Shown: positions 24,605-39,214, counted from the stretch's first letter. The stretch: 64,000 nucleotides of DNA from Anthoceros angustus (GCA_010909165.1 MU008165.1:1240001-1304000); one strand, 5' to 3'. Notes: generated by a model from the sequence alone, not told the origin. Numbers and translations are program-made.

Positions 24605-26298
24605 CTCTACAGTAGAGCGAAGACGCTCCTAGCTTAGCCGCTTGTCGGTGCCGGGGTTTCATCAACTCTGTCTCGTCCAGTCTTGAGTCCAGAAGTTCAG
24701 CAAACTCACACACGCTGTTGCAAACAACGCAGAGCACAGGGAATCTGCTTGTACAGCTGCCTCCATTTATTGCAGACATTCAACGCCACAGGCAATCACA
24801 GCATTCAGCATGAGATTCGGAAGGAGCAGACGGACTGAGGATTCAGAACGCCAAGTGCCGATGAGTCACATGAACTCCTCTATACATCTTCGCAAGCTCC
24901 ACTCGTTCCTGAAGGAAATCCGTCAGCAGACCTGGAGTAGAGTGTCGAGCATGGACCACGAGCCGAGCAGGAATGTTGTTGAGAGATCGCAGAGGAGAGG
25001 AAAACGGGATTGATGAATTAGGAGAGGCTGGTCGAATCGTGCTGATCTGAATATAGATTTTGTTCGAGCTAAATTTAGATTTTAACAAATATCCCAGGAT
25101 CATCCAGTCACAGACACATGCTCAATTGCTTGCTTTCACACATAACTTGACACCATACCGATTCGGCAGCCGGTGACTGGGGAAACAGGCTGCCCGGATA
25201 AGTTGCTTGCATCAAAGATCAATTGAAAACTGCAGACACGATGTTGAGTGAGCCCAACCTGACCAAAGCAAATACGTGTGGTTCAAGCAGTCGAGACAAC
25301 CGGTATTCCCCAGTTCGGCTTGCTCGAATCATACAGATGATCAAACCGCATCCACTTCAATCGTAACTGGCCGAAGAGATTCATAAGTTTGTTAGTAACC
25401 AGCCCTTAAATCTGGTGCTAGCTCGATCCATAACCAACATCATCCATTTCGTCAGCCCACTTTAATCAACTACTTTCATCTGATTTGCAGGTGGATAAAC
25501 ATAAACAATGGACGATTTTGCTTTCTCCGCCAAGGACTTGTCCCTTCAACTCTTCCCAACAAACATGCGAGAGCTCGAATCTCAGGTCAAAGACATCAAC
25601 CTAGTACAAACCACTACCAAATCAAGCTCAGGGTAGTATCAGGACCCAACGGCAGAATCCTCATAAAGAGCAAGTTTCGGCCAGTTACTTTCATCATCCA
25701 CCTGCTACTTATCAAACTATTATGTCTCTAACTTGGGAACAGTTCAACTCATTGACACACATGACAGTCAACGAAAATTTGAGGCCTCTTCTACACCACA
25801 GCCATTATCATCCTCGTCGTCAAAGTTAAGTCGGTGATAGCCTGGATCTCCTTCCAGGAGAAAAGTTAGCAACGCTTGATGACAGACACATATTCGTCAG
25901 AACAGTGGAGCCGCAGACCTTCAATACAACTGTTATCCCACAAACAACTGGCCAGATCTGCATGAAGCTCAGTCACACAAACAACTGGCCAGATCTGCAT
26001 GAAGCTCAGTCACAGACTTCGTCTCCTGAGCAGATCAACTCTCATCCAGGTGCCAAGCTCATATGTTCACAGCAGAAGGCGCTTCAACTTTATCATGATC
26101 TGCTCATATGAACTCATGTATTCCAACAGCTGTGTACAAATGAAGAAATGTGGATTACTCCAGAAATTGAGATCCTACTTGACCCTGAAGTAACTCGACA
26201 CAAGTGACGAGAGCACATAGACTTGTGTACACTACATTCGCATCCTCCTGGACGCGATGCAACTCTCTTGTGAATTCTAAATGCCACTCCAGCTTGAG

Positions 26299-29200
26299 CT
26301 ACCGTTGAGTGGAAGGTTGCTGGGTCATGACTTGCGGCCGTGCCTCAATGCAATCATAATAGATCACAAAGTTCTCCTGCAGCACACAGATACGAATCAT
26401 TCAACGACTACAACATCATGAAGGTCGGAACGATACCACATACACACCCATCGTCCAATAGGCTATCACGCGATCTGCCAACTGAGCCTAACAACAACCA
26501 ACAATGGCACACCTTGTTTAAGGTTTCCCATTTGCTTGGATCAAAATAGCAGTAATGGCCCCGTTCATATGTGTGTGTTTTGGCCAGAACTTCTGTGTTT
26601 GGCATTCGAGTAAACCACTTTTTGAGCTCCTTGTGATAGAACCACCCTCTATTGCACCTAAATGCAAGAAGTTGAATACAGGTAAATCAGTACACGGAAA
26701 GACATGCCTCCCAGCTCTTCCGTTCTATCCAGTATGAAAACAGCAGCACTGAACTTACAAGATGTATCAAAATCCTAGTCAAAGATTCCTGAACAGAAGA
26801 ACTAGATAGACAAGGCACTTACAACTCATCAGCAGCGTACAACTGGGCTTCATCATTTGGCATGCTGCAAAGAATAATCACAACCTGATATCAGCAACGT
26901 AGCCCTTAACAGAGCATCAACATTACTCGAATTGACACACACCAGGTGAATGTCAGACTTTGCACTGGCATACCTGTAAAAGGCATAAAATAAGGTCTCC
27001 TGCTGAGCCTTCCTGAAAACCCCTGGCTGAAATGTCAAAGCACAGAATAAGTTAATGACCAGGGGAAGCAATGCAGACGCTCAACAGATATAAAAATAGC
27101 GATGAGGGCCAAAAGATCTCTTAAAACCATGAACAGCCTAAAAAGCTCCATGGCACAAGCAACATAAAGCATCCTTTGTTTGGTGAAGTAACTGCAGTGG
27201 CAAATTCAAGAAAATAGGAAGGAACAAACAACCTGAGTGCAAGACATTTTGTAAAATCTGAGCAGGCAGCACGGGATCTCACCTGCAACCTAGGAGGAGC
27301 TTGCTGAATGTAGCATTGTGGCAAACTATATTCAGGGTCGCCCCTGATAGGACCATCGGCCCACGGAGATGCAAACGTTTTGTACAAATTATCTCTTGAA
27401 TTCAGATTAAGCCCCAATGTTGTCAAATCTGTCCCCAATGCCAGCGTCGTAAGGTCATCATGGCCCATCTTGATCACCCCTAGCAGCCCTCTCAAGCCAA
27501 ATCTGTCATCAGCTGCTGGACCTGAGAACCGATTTAATACAATTTCCCTTGCAGACTGCCCGGCACTTGAAATCGGCTGCTGGTGAGCCCTAGCTTGCTG
27601 CTGCTGCTGTTGTTGATGGTGCCGATATTGCTGTGAAACAAGCTGATCATATGGCACTCCCAATCCAGAAGAAGATCCAGTGCGTAACCCAGGCATTGAC
27701 ACCTGTTGTCCACTACCACCTGGAGGTCCCCCAATCTGAGCAACATGCAAGGAAGTTCCAGTATCTTAGCCCACAACTGCTCTGAAGTTGGTTAAGCAAG
27801 GACCCTGCAGAAGGACCAGCCTTAAAAGCTTCATCATACCTGGGATTGATAGGACGTTGAAAGACCGTGCGATGCCTGGAAAGCATCAGACATCACCCCA
27901 TGCAGCTGGTTGAGATCCGAAAGATTTGCTGAAACTCCAGACCCAGGAGCCCCACCAACTGATGAGCCTACTGTTTGGTGTTGATGCTGGGGTTGCCGCT
28001 GGGGCATATAAGATTGTCCCAAACCAAAACCTCCTGACCTTGTGAGTTGTTGCTGTTCCAAAAACCACAAAAAAGCCCAGGGCTTCAGGTACCCACTCTA
28101 CAAAAGAAGCAACGCAACAGGGAAAAAAGAAAAGAAAGAACCAAAAAAAAGAAGCCTGAATCCAAGCAGAGGCCTTACGCCATAATGCTGCTGCATCGCT
28201 ACCAAAGCATCGTGTTGCTGCTGTTCTTTCAAATCCACTGCCAAGTCATTGCCTCCACCTGCTACATGTAGGCAGGTAGACAAAAGCTGCATAAACTCAG
28301 GATCCAGTGTGCACTCGGGTGGCAAGTGCATACAACTCAGCTGCAAACATGATGGGACTTTTATCATAGACCAGACCATGATCCCTAAGGATACATCTCA
28401 ACCCCACAGAGACAGCTTGGCTGCACACCTTACATCCTAACTGTTTTTCTTCCGCCCTGACCAAAAGCTATGACAAAAGAGTAGGTACACCTCAGATGTT
28501 GCCTAATCTGTTTGGAACCAAGGTCAGGACTACCTTTAAAGCCTGGCAAAGCGGGGAAGTCTTCATTCTGTATGCTAAACTCTTGGTTCTGCTGGACGAG
28601 TGCATTTACAGCTTGCTTCCTGATGACGGCTGCAAAATTTTGAGAAGGCACGATCAGCTCCTGAGTTTAAAAGGTGGCATCTGAGTAAAGCCTCGAGAGG
28701 ACAGGTAGAAATGTCGTTTTTTGTGTTGAGAGACTCTAGGGGGCAGGGCATATAAACAACACTAGACCCAGATTTGCAGTTCTGGCTAATAATCCCATCT
28801 TCAAACCGCAGACGCCATGGACATTCTCAGATTTTTCTTGATGTACTAGAATATTCATTCAGGTCATCCGCCCAAGTAGACACAGAGCAGAGCAAGACTT
28901 GATGTAATGCATTTATGAGTTCCTGAGAAAGCTCTCAGGAGCCTCAAAACACAAAAATCCCATTTTGTAGGCATGGACTATGCTTGCAAAGTTTTCAAAC
29001 ACCTCAGTTGTGAGCAACATCAACCCCAGGTGCCCAGTTATGCCAGTTCCCCCCGACCGACACATCCAAGTGGCAAGAGCAGCCTCGACAGAAACAGGAA
29101 ATTCATTCCGCCAGCAAACCTGCAGCAGCACCTTGGAGACCACCAGCCGATGTCGGCCTGGAACTAAGTTGAGGAAACTCGTTGATATCAAACTGATGAC

Positions 29201-30215
29201 CATCTGCTCTGCTCCCATCTCTAGGCATTCCCATGCTACTGAGCTGTCCGTTAGCTGTGGGTGCTTGTACTTGCATACCTGCACCTGGAAAATAACAAAG
29301 GGTAGCAGCAGCATGAATTCCCATCCCCCCGGATTCGTAACCACCCCAGCCAATCCCTGGAGCAGTGACTGGCGCAAGAGGCAGCGCCCCAAGCTAAGAG
29401 TTCGTTGCGCCTACAGCTAACGGTGGAGATTTTTTCACACATAGGCGTGGAAAGGGATCCGGTAAGGTACAGGAGGGGATGAAAATTCGATTCAGGTACC
29501 AACCTCTGCTCTGAATCATGGCCAGTATATCTCCCGACGGATTGTAGGTTGTAGAGGACAAACCCTGCTGCTGCAGCAGCGAGTTGCCCGGCCGGCCAGG
29601 CCCGAGTTGCCCCCCTTGGCCCATTTGCACAACACGAGAATTGCCATTGAGCGTGGGGCCATTGATGGCAGTGCCGGGCCCGGGCCCGGCCCCGGCGGCT
29701 CCCTGAGCCCCGGCCCCGGCCCCGGCCCCGCTCCTGCCCAAGCTGCTGCCTCCAGCGGCCCCTCCCAGACTGTAACTTCCTACGTTGGCAGCGGCGCCCC
29801 CCGCACTTCTTGGACCTGCCACGGGCTGCAACTGCGAGGGCGAAATGCCCATGGTGCGGCCGTCCAGCAGGTAATTTAAGGACTGGTTGAGCGATTGCGA
29901 GTTCATCTGATTCAGGCTCTGCGTGAGCGTCTGGTTGAGCGCCTGGTTCATGGCCCCGAGGCGCTGCGAGCCCGAGGCCCCCGCCGGCGCTGCTGCCGCC
30001 CCCGGGGGCACCGCCAGCCCTAGCCCGCCATTCACGCTGCTGCTGCTGCCGAAGGCGTGGTGGCCGCTCACCAGATTGTAGCCCGCTCTGTTGCCCATGG
30101 CATTGTGGCCCTGCATGGCGGGCGTCACTCCCTGCCCTCTCCCCGCTCCGCCCCGTCCCCGCGCCTCATCCCGGCCCCCAATCCGCTGCCCGTCACGCAG
30201 ATCCGCCGTGCTCAT
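26299..30215 (-). CDS. NOT2: CCR4-NOT subunit NOT2 (VIP2-like), multi-exon
   Basis: FDINEFPQL, FSIQNEDFPALPGFKG, DRFGLRGLLGVI, LALGTDLTTLGLNLNS, LYKTFASPW, LFYAFY, YERGHYCYFDPSKWET and last exon ENFVIYYDCIEARP...QR*; start position tentative. Confidence 0.9.
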
Positions 30216-30395
30216 TTCCCGCGCCGCTGCTGCTGCCGGCCCGCTGCTCCATGCACGCCGCCGCCGCCCTCCCCCTCCCCCTCTCCGCCTGAATGTTGCC
30301 GAGCCCGGGACGGAGCCAGCGCTGCCGGGCGAGGCTAGGCTAGGCTAGGCTGGGCCAGGCGAGCTTCCGAAGCCGAGACAGCCACACCACACAGT

Positions 30396-30545
30396 CGCCT
30401 TCTGCTTCTGCTTCTGCTTCTGCTTCCGCTTCCGCTTCTGCTTTTGCTCCTGCTCCTGCTTCCCCTGCTGCTGGCCGCTGCTGCTGCTGGCGATGCCGTT
30501 GTTGCTGTTGCTGTTGCCGCCGCCGCCGCCGCCGCTGCTGCTTCC
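30396..30545. repeat. Compound microsatellite upstream of NOT2, (TCTGCT)n/(TCCGCT)n/(GCT)n/(GCC)n
   Basis: Directly visible simple repeats; they explain the low-complexity ORFs 30335-30739. Confidence 0.85.
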
Positions 30546-32989
30546 GCGCTGCCGCTGGCCGTGAGCGTGCCTGGCTGCCGGAGGCCTGGCGCGTGACACA
30601 GTAAAGGGAAGGAAGATGCGCCACAACTTACCAGGAGCGCTCTGTGCTCTGCTATTGCTGTGCTGCCTGCTTTTTTGCCCAGGCCTCGCGACTTGCCTAC
30701 CCGGTAGGAATCAGAGCGCTCACACAATGTGCTGCCCAAGGAGAGAGAGAGAGAGCGTAGACCGCAGGTTGGCTTGGCTTGGCTTGGGTTGGCTTGGGTG
30801 AGTTGAGTTGAGTTAAGTCGGGTTGGGCTTCCTTTCGTTTCGTTTCACACGCCACCCCGTTCACCGGTTAAACTGCACCTACCTATTATGGATTGTCTGT
30901 ATCGCCATTTTTTTTCGCCATCAACGGTTGCACACTAGCACCAATCCACACACCTACCTACTTACTTTATCTCGGGATATATAAATTTACTTATAACACA
31001 AATTAAAATTTAATTAATTAATATCAAATATAATAATACATGAATACCTAGCATGGTAAATCGCATACACATGTATCTTAGCAAAAGAAATAATATTACT
31101 AATGGCAAACAATAAAGCTAGGGAAGGTATTTTAGCATAAGAAATAATATCACTAATGCCATACAATAAAGCTAGGGAAGGTCCGAAACGTAACTAAGCT
31201 TGATGATTGGATTAGAAGAAAAAAGAGAACGAGTTATATCCACTCTAGAATTTGGGGATGCCATGTGGCATTGAATCTCTTGCAACGGTAAGCAAATTCA
31301 ATGAAGAATTTTTTTTGTACTTGCATCATAATCCTTTAAGGAATTATCTCACAATTTATTCAATTCTACCCTTTCCTTATGCATGTGGTTGTTATATTCA
31401 GTGGCTTGGAACCAAGGCATACAAAAACACAATAATAATCCTATTTGATCATACATGGATTATGATATCCAAGAGTGGGCAAACATTAACTCGACTATTT
31501 AAAACAGACAGAAACGTACTTTATTGAAGACCATGATGTGAGGATACAGCTGCATGTCATTCCGGGTCTAAAATGCATTTTCAAAGACTTTAGAAGGCAA
31601 AGCTACCTATTAGAAACAAGACCATCTTCCATATAAGAGTCCTATATATGTACCTGGTTGTTTTTTTTATAAATTGAAAAAAAAGGAAAAAAAACATGCC
31701 ATATGTTCTTGAAGTTGTGTAGCATTGCAAAGCATTTTCATTACTTAAAAAGTGATGAGGAGAGCCTATGAAGCAAAGGAAGAAGAAGGAGACCCCGAGG
31801 ATCGAGATGAAAACAAGCAACATCGTGTGCGGGAAGAGTAAATGGCCCACACACAACGGAGGAAGAGAAGGATGGATGCATCACTTGCCTTTGGAGGAAG
31901 AGAAGGATGGATGCATCTCCCGCCTTTGGAGGAAGAGAAGGATGGATGCATCTCCTGCTGTCGCTGCTTTATATGCATAACCGGCCATTGCACATTGTAA
32001 GACCTGCCAACGGAGCCATTAGTGAAAGCTCGTAGGCGCAAACAAGGTGGAGGTCTGGCGAGGCAGAAAAGGCGGCATCCTTGTCCGACAGGGCCTCCCA
32101 ACCATGACATATATTATGCAGCCGTTTCTCCATGGGCACACATACTGGTATATCTAGCACGTGTCTTTCCAACACAAACGACTTATCGGTGGGTGTGTGC
32201 CGCCATATCGTGGATATTCCTTGGGACCTATATAGTGCTTCGTCCTGGCAAGTTGGGAAGTTGGGACCCTCTCCTCCTGCTTGCTTGTTTGTGTATAGTG
32301 ATGGTCCATTTCTCGCCGGTTGCTCTCAACACATCCCTTCAAGGCAACCTTCATGGCACTTGCTATTATTACTGTGACTCGTGTTTGAGTGCGAAGCACC
32401 CTGCAGAGCTGCACCCCACGCCTGCCTGCATCCCTGCATTGGGGTACGAGTTAGAATCCATGTTCGGCTGCACTGAACCGTGGCAAAAGAGCCTCGCGGG
32501 AGATGGTGAATGAAGTCCTCAGTGACTCTTGGGGTGGAACAAATGGCAACGCTGCACTCTCTGAACTCTGTCGCAAGCCCTTCTAGGATCTGGAAGTTGA
32601 ACACGATGAAAGGGAGACTGCCTGCTGCTCAAGTTGAGAAGTTGCACTAGAGGGCTTGCTTCATGGCTAGGGTTCGTCCCGGGTAGCACATGCGTTGGAG
32701 TCCGGCTCCGGCTCCTAAGCTATGTGCCGGGGTAGGCATGCCAATCCTGCAGAGGTGCCAGACAGTGGCTCAGAACAGGAGCTTGCTGGGAGACCTTCAG
32801 CAGCGCCACAGGCTCCCTGCTGAAGTTCTGGGCGACGATGATGTACAGCTATAACAGATCAACATCCACAGTGTCCTGAATTACTTGCTGTACAGTTTCC
32901 GAGTCCTGAGCTGGTGCACCGGCACAAGACTGGAAGCTTACAGTCATCGACTGAACAGGTAGTACCAAGTACCAAACCCTGCCTTTGCT

Positions 32990-34084
32990 GTGCAGGGCTG
33001 CAGAGGTTGAAACGCACTGCCTTGGCGGACCGGGACGCTTTCCTCGAATCCCCGTTTGCAGGAATTGATTTTGAGTCGGGTTTAGGTCACACCCTATTCG
33101 ATGCTGAAGGATGCTTCTGGATCCATGGGTATGGCATGGGACACTCATTTACTTGTTGTCCTCTCTTCTACCTGCAGAGCAAGCTTCAAATGTGACTGGC
33201 AGTACATACATATCTCAGGGCTAGTAAATGTGACTATGGTGAAGTACCATCGCAGCCGTGGTTGAACACATGGCTCCATCAATGTCAAGACATACAGCAT
33301 CTCCGGCAGGGACAGCTTGTATGCCTCCATGGGGGGTTCAGTTCAGAACGAAAGATCTCCGGGGCCCGGGAAGGCCTCCCGACTTCGTGTCAGACATGTA
33401 TTTATTATTGGTATAATACAAATTAAAATGAAGGTAATGGGATAACGTACATAACTCTACATGGTGAGTGCAGCGTTGCCATTTGTTCACCATGCGGAAT
33501 CAACCCTTGAGATCCATGTGCATTCGTCTTTCTGATGCGAGCAGTTGATGCAACAAACGATGTCTAATATGATGCGGTATGGCAGACGTTTGGAAGAACT
33601 TGGGTGCTCCAGTCCAGTATCTGAATCCTGTGGGGCGGTAGGGTTTTGGGCTGCCCAGCTGACGTACGCACTTTAGACATTCCAGGATGTGCGGATTTGA
33701 CAGCACTGATGAGCAGTGTCCTAATGCTGGATACATATGTACGTACACAAAGCAACCAAAGCCCTCCTCGCTGCACAGGTATGTATGTACAACTAGGTTT
33801 GCGGGCCCATCCTGACTTCCACAGCAACTGAACGCCTGGACATTTCCGAGAGTGTGAGTACACCCCATCTTCCCTAAGCTTGATGTTGAGAATGCTCTGG
33901 TGGACCTTGAGGTTTGGGCGTATGACAATCTTATGCTCTAACGTACGCACCATGAAAAGTAGCACATGTCCGTCTTCACTGTGCTGGTGTGTGTGGAGAA
34001 AGTATTGAATATGTCGGACTCGGGTCTTCTTCATGTGCATCTGTCCGGCCCAGTGCTCGTGGCTCTGTTCTATTGCGGCTACTG
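32990..34084 (+). pseudogene. Degraded fragments of further FRO-like paralogue(s)
   Basis: 34050-34084 aligns to the [12 protein letters not shown] segment of the main FRO. Near 33815-33860, gacttccac...gagagtgtgagt aligns to the [16 protein letters not shown] exon end. 32990-33340 has weaker transmembrane-domain similarity. Many small deletions. Confidence 0.5.
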
Positions 34085-36290
34085 CCAGAAGTTTGCTTTT
34101 CAACACTACTGCTATGCAGCATAGCTCTCCAACTCACGGTGTCCTCTAGGGCCCTGCTTCCACACAGCTCTAGCCCACTGTTCCTGGCCCTTGAAACATA
34201 CCTCCAGCCTCTCACCCAATTTCACCTTCAGTGTCGTAGGTTTGCGTCACCCAGGACAGGAATCAGGCCCTACTCTCACAACATCTCCTGCAGGTCAGCC
34301 CAAGTCTCCTTCCTACAGGGAAGAAGATTCACCATGTCACTCTACCCACAGAAGCCGCATACAGGCCGTATGTATGCACAGGCATGACGACGGAACCTGT
34401 ACGATCCCTGCAGGCTGCAAATACTGAAAGTCCAAAATGCAGCCTGTACAGCCTGCCAATCCAAGTGTTCGGACCCTCCACCACGTCGGACTCCAAATCA
34501 TGGGAAGCATGCCAAAACCACCTGCCGGCGTGTGCCGCAGGCGGGAAGGAGGTGCAGGAAATACGCCCGCAGCAAGAACCATATATAACGCGACACCCAG
34601 GCTCCCGAGTCCTGAGCTGGTGCACCGGCACAAGACTGGAAGCTTACAGTCATCGACTGAACAGGTAGTACCAAGTACCAAACCCTGCCTTTGCTGTGCA
34701 GGCTGCAGAGGTTGAAACGCACTGCCTTGGCGGACCGGGACGCTTTCCTCGAATCCCCGTTTGCAGGAATTGATTTTGAGTCGGGTTTAGGTCACACCCT
34801 ATTCGATGCTGAAGGATGCTTCTGGATCCATGGGTATGGCATGGGACACTCATTTACTTGTTGTCCTCTCTTCTACCTGCAGAGCAAGCTTCAAATGTGA
34901 CTGGCAGTACATACATATCTCAGGGCTAGTAAATGTGACTATGGTGAAGTACCATCGCAGCCGTGGTTGAACACATGGCTCCATCAATGTCAAGACATAC
35001 AGCATCTCCGGCAGGGACAGCTTGTATGCCTCCATGGGGGTTCAGTTCAGAACGAAAGATCTCCGGGGCCCAGGAAGGCCTCCCGACTTCGTGTCAGACA
35101 TGTATTTATTATTGGTATAATACAAATTAAAATGAAGGTAATGGGATAACGTACATAACTCTACATGGTGAGTGCAGCGTTGCCATTTGTTCACCATGCG
35201 GAATCAACCCTTGAGATCCATGTGCATTCGTCTTTCTGATGCGAGCAGTTGATGCAACAAACGATGTCTAATATGATGCGGTATGGCAGACGTTTGGAAG
35301 AACTTGGGTGCTCCAGTCCAGTATCTGAATCCTGTGGGGCGGTAGGGTTTTGGGCTGCCCAGCTGACGTACGCACTTTAGACATTCCAGGATGTGCGGAT
35401 TTGACAGCACTGATGAGCAGTGTCCTAATGCTGGATACATATGTACGTACACAAAGCAACCAAAGCCCTCCTCGCTGCACAGGTATGTATGTACAACTAG
35501 GTTTGCGGGCCCATCCTGACTTCCACAGCAACTGAACGCCTGGACATTTCCGAGAGAGTGTGAGTACACCCCCATCTTCCCTAAGCTTGATGTTGAGAAT
35601 GCTCTGGTGGACCTTGAGGTTTGGGCGTATGACAATCTTATGCTCTAACGTACGCACCATGAAAAGTAGCACATGTCCGTCTTCACTGTGCTGGTGTGTG
35701 TGGAGAAAGTATTGAATATGTCGGACTCGGGTCTTCTTCATGTGCATCTGTCCGGCCCAGTGCTCGTGGCTCTGTTCTATTGCGGCTACTGCCAGAAGTT
35801 TGCTTTTCAACACTACTGCTATGCAGCATAGCTCTCCAACTCACGGTGTCCTCTAGGGCCCTGCTTCCACACAGCTCTAGCCCACTGTTCCTGGCCCTTG
35901 AAACATACCTCCAGCCTCTCACCCAATTTCACCTTCAGTGTCGTAGGTTTGCGTCACCCAGGACAGGAATCAGGCCCTACTCTCACAACATCTCCTGCAG
36001 GTCAGCCCAAGTCTCCTTCCTACAGGGAAGAAGATTCACCATGTCACTCTACCCACAGAAGCCGCATACAGGCCGTATGTATGCACAGGCATGACGACGG
36101 AACCTGTACGATCCCTGCAGGCTGCAAATACTGAAAGTCCAAAATGCAGCCTGTACAGCCTGCCAATCCAAGTGTTCGGACCCTCCACCACGTCGGACTC
36201 CAAATCATGGGAAGCATGCCAAAACCACCTGCCGGCGTGTGCCGCAGGCGGGAAGGGGAGGTGCAGGAAATACGCCCGCAGCAAGAACCA

Positions 36291-36297
36291 TATATAA
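36291..36297 (+). promoter_or_regulatory. Candidate TATA box of the FRO gene (duplicated at 34582 and 39504)
   Basis: ccaTATATAAcg about 360 bp upstream of the FRO ATG at 36651. Confidence 0.45.
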
Positions 36298-36650
36298 CGC
36301 GACACCCAGGCTCCCGAGTCCTCTGGGCTGGACTGAATCTGGACACGAACTCCATGCCCCCCGCGCTGTCGCTTTTCCGCCCACCCCACTTCACCACCAG
36401 CGTTTGTGCCACATCCGCCACCACCCGGACCACAAATCTGCACTGCTTATCTCGATCGCCCCTCCCGGTTTGGGAGACCTTCATTTCTCCTCTCCACCCA
36501 GCACCTGAGCTGCCCAGAGAGCGCTCAGGCTGGCGGCCTGGTCACCAATTTCGTCCCTTCTTTGAGCCCGATTTGCATCGGGCCATGCCCCGCCTGGCAA
36601 CCGCGCCAGCGCCCTCCTGGTAGAGTTGGGCGGTTCGGGCTCGGAGCGGA

Positions 36651-39214
36651 ATGGCCCAGAACGGAGACCACCAGACTCTGCTGCCCAAGAGCAGCGCCAA
36701 ATTGGCGCAGCAGGAGGGGTGTTCCGTGTGGAGTTTTGCGCAATGGGCGCTGCTGGTTTTGATGTGGGCGACTGGGGCGTTCTATGCCGTGGCCCTGCTC
36801 ACACTGCCCACGAAAGGTGGGAGAGACATGTTGACGGAGTACTTGCTGGTGGCAGGGGAGCCAAATCTACGGGAGGCTGGTGAGGAAAATTCTTGGTGTT
36901 GGAGGGGCAAGGGAAGGAGAAATGGTGCGTGGCTGATGGTCTGATCGGAAACTGCAGGGGCTGTTGCTGTTTTGTACTCGGTGCCTCTCCTGCTCATCGC
37001 TGTGTTGGCGGTTTTGTACCTCGCCGTCTCGCCCAAGACGAGCTCCAGGTTGGTTCCGGGAAGTGGGTTTGGTTCTGAGAGAAGGAAGTGAGGCAAGGCT
37101 GCACGAGTGTTTGAGACCAGGGAAGTGTTGGTGATGCAGAGGCGGCAAGGCTCATGCTTCGGTGCCGAGTTTGTGGGCTCATCCTGTCATCGTGGATGGC
37201 CCTCTTGGTGTGGTGTCTGCTGCGGAGCTTATCGTTGTTGTGCTCTTCCTGGGCTACATCACCTGGGCACTGGCCAACTACTGGATCACGGATTTCCACA
37301 AGGCGGAGACTGAGAAGCTGCATTCGTTTGAGAATGTGTGAGTAGTAAGCATCCGCTCGTGTCCTTTCCTGTCCCTGGATCCGTGTCTTATGAGGTGATC
37401 TGCTGTTTGTAACAGGCCACAGAGGAAATTGAAGTACGTGGGAATTCGTTCCGGATTCATCGGCCTGGTGGTCATGAGCTTCCTCTTTATCCCAGTGGCT
37501 CGTGGCTCTGTCTTGTTGCGCCTGCTGGACATCCCTTCGAGCATGCCGTCAAGTATCATGTGTGGATAGGCCACTTCATGATGGGGATCTTCACCTTTCA
37601 CGGACTGTCGTTCCTGGTTTTGTGGATATGGCAAGGCAAGCTTGTTGAAGAGGTGGGTGCTGTCAGATGATGTTGGATGCTTTCCTGGCAAAGGTTTAGT
37701 ACCACCTTGCCTGCCCGCCAACTAACACTGAGTTCGACATTCCTCTAGGTTTTCAAGTGGCAACAATTTGATATCGCCAACTTACCAGGAATCATCGCAT
37801 ACATTGCTGGGTTGGCCATGTGGGCTACTTCTCTCGGTCTGGTTCGGCAGTCCAACTTCGAGCTGTTTTTCTACACGCACCAACTCTACGTTGTGTTCGT
37901 CACCTTCTTGGCGCTTCATGTGGGAGATGCCATATTTTCAGTTGCACTGGGTGCGCTCCTCTTGTTTGCCCTGGACCGGTTCCTCAGGTTCTGCCAGTCA
38001 AGAAGAGATGTTGGGTTGCTGCTACTGCCAGAAGTTTGCTTTTCAACACTACTGCTATGCAGCATAGCTCTCCAACTCACGGTGTCCTCTAGGGCCCTGC
38101 TTCCACACAGCTCTAGCCCACTGTTCCTGGCCCTTGAAACATACCTCCAGCCTCTCACCAATTTCACCTTCAGTGTATCTTCAAGTCCTTACGACGGGGA
38201 CAAACACATATCCTTTCTGATCAAGCCTTTGGGAACGTGGACTCAAAAGCTCAAAGACAGCATCTCGGCGAGTGTAGACCCCGCTGTCACTAATGGATCC
38301 AGCCATTGCCCATTCAAGCTGCGAGCTTCAGTCGAGGGACCTTATGGACACGAATCCAGTTACTACTTGAAGTAAGAAACTTCTTCTGTGCACATCTCTG
38401 CGTTATCTTCAATCATACTGGTGACTTGCTGACTGATACTCCTGTGGCTCTCTCTAAAGGTATGATTCGCTTGTTCTCGTTGCTGGTGGCATCGGAGTGT
38501 CACCCTTCATCGCCATTCTCCGCGATCTTCTGCACCGATATCAGAAGGATGATACGGAACTTCCTGTGGATGTTACCCTTATTTGGGCTGTCAAGAAGTC
38601 TGATGAGCTGCATGTTCTGGATCTTCTATCTCCTGCTTCCATATGTCCTGGTTTTGAATCCCTTGTCACCATAAACGTCCAAGTCTTCGTCACCCAGGAC
38701 AGGAATCAGGCCCTACTCTCACAACATCTCCTGGCTCCAATGGCACCCTTCAGTGTATCTTCAAGTCCTTACGACGGGGACAAACACATATCCTTTCTGA
38801 TCAAGCCTTTGGGAACGTGGACTCAAAAGCTCAAAGACAGCATCTCGGCGAGTGTAGACCCCTGTCACTAATGGATCCAGCCATTGCCCATTCAAGCTGC
38901 GAGCTTCAGTCGAGGGACCTTATGGACACGAATCCAGTTACTACTTGAAGTAAGAAACTTCTTCTGTGCACATCTCTGCGTTATCTTCAATCATACTGGT
39001 GACTTGCTGACTGATACTCCTGTGGCTCTCTCTAAAGGTATGATTCGCTTGTTCTCGTTGCTGGTGGCATCGGAGTGTCACCCTTCATCGCCATTCTCCG
39101 CGATCTTCTGCACCGATATCAGAAGGATGATACGGAACTTCCTGTGGATGTTACCCTTATTTGGGCTGTCAAGAAGTCTGATGAGCTGCATGTTCTGGAT
39201 CTTCTATCTCCTGC
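36651..39214 (+). pseudogene. FRO: Ferric reduction oxidase (FRO6/7/8-like), copy 1: 5' intact, internally scrambled, 3' truncated
   Basis: ATG MAQNGDH; exons [63 protein letters not shown]; homopolymer frameshifts and chimeric junctions at 38021, 38167, 38688, 38725 and 39206. Confidence 0.7.

Larger units (their letters stand above)
32899..36313 (+). repeat. Near-identical tandem duplication, period about 1.7 kb
   Basis: Identical ORFs recur with a 1704-1707 bp offset (33145/34850, 33500/35204, 33976/35683); junction at the 9-bp word ccgagtcct (34605-34613). Confidence 0.9.

Noticed and set aside
24800-26200. Possible small unannotated gene between EamA and NOT2 (e.g. MDDFAFSAKDL..., 42 aa, after a ttgcag acceptor)
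   Set aside because: Plausible short frames exist on both strands with no recognisable homology; it cannot be separated from UTR sequence without transcript data.
30335-30739. Poly-Q/A/S ORFs upstream of NOT2 as a gene
   Set aside because: They are open only because of stop-free microsatellites in the 5' or promoter region.
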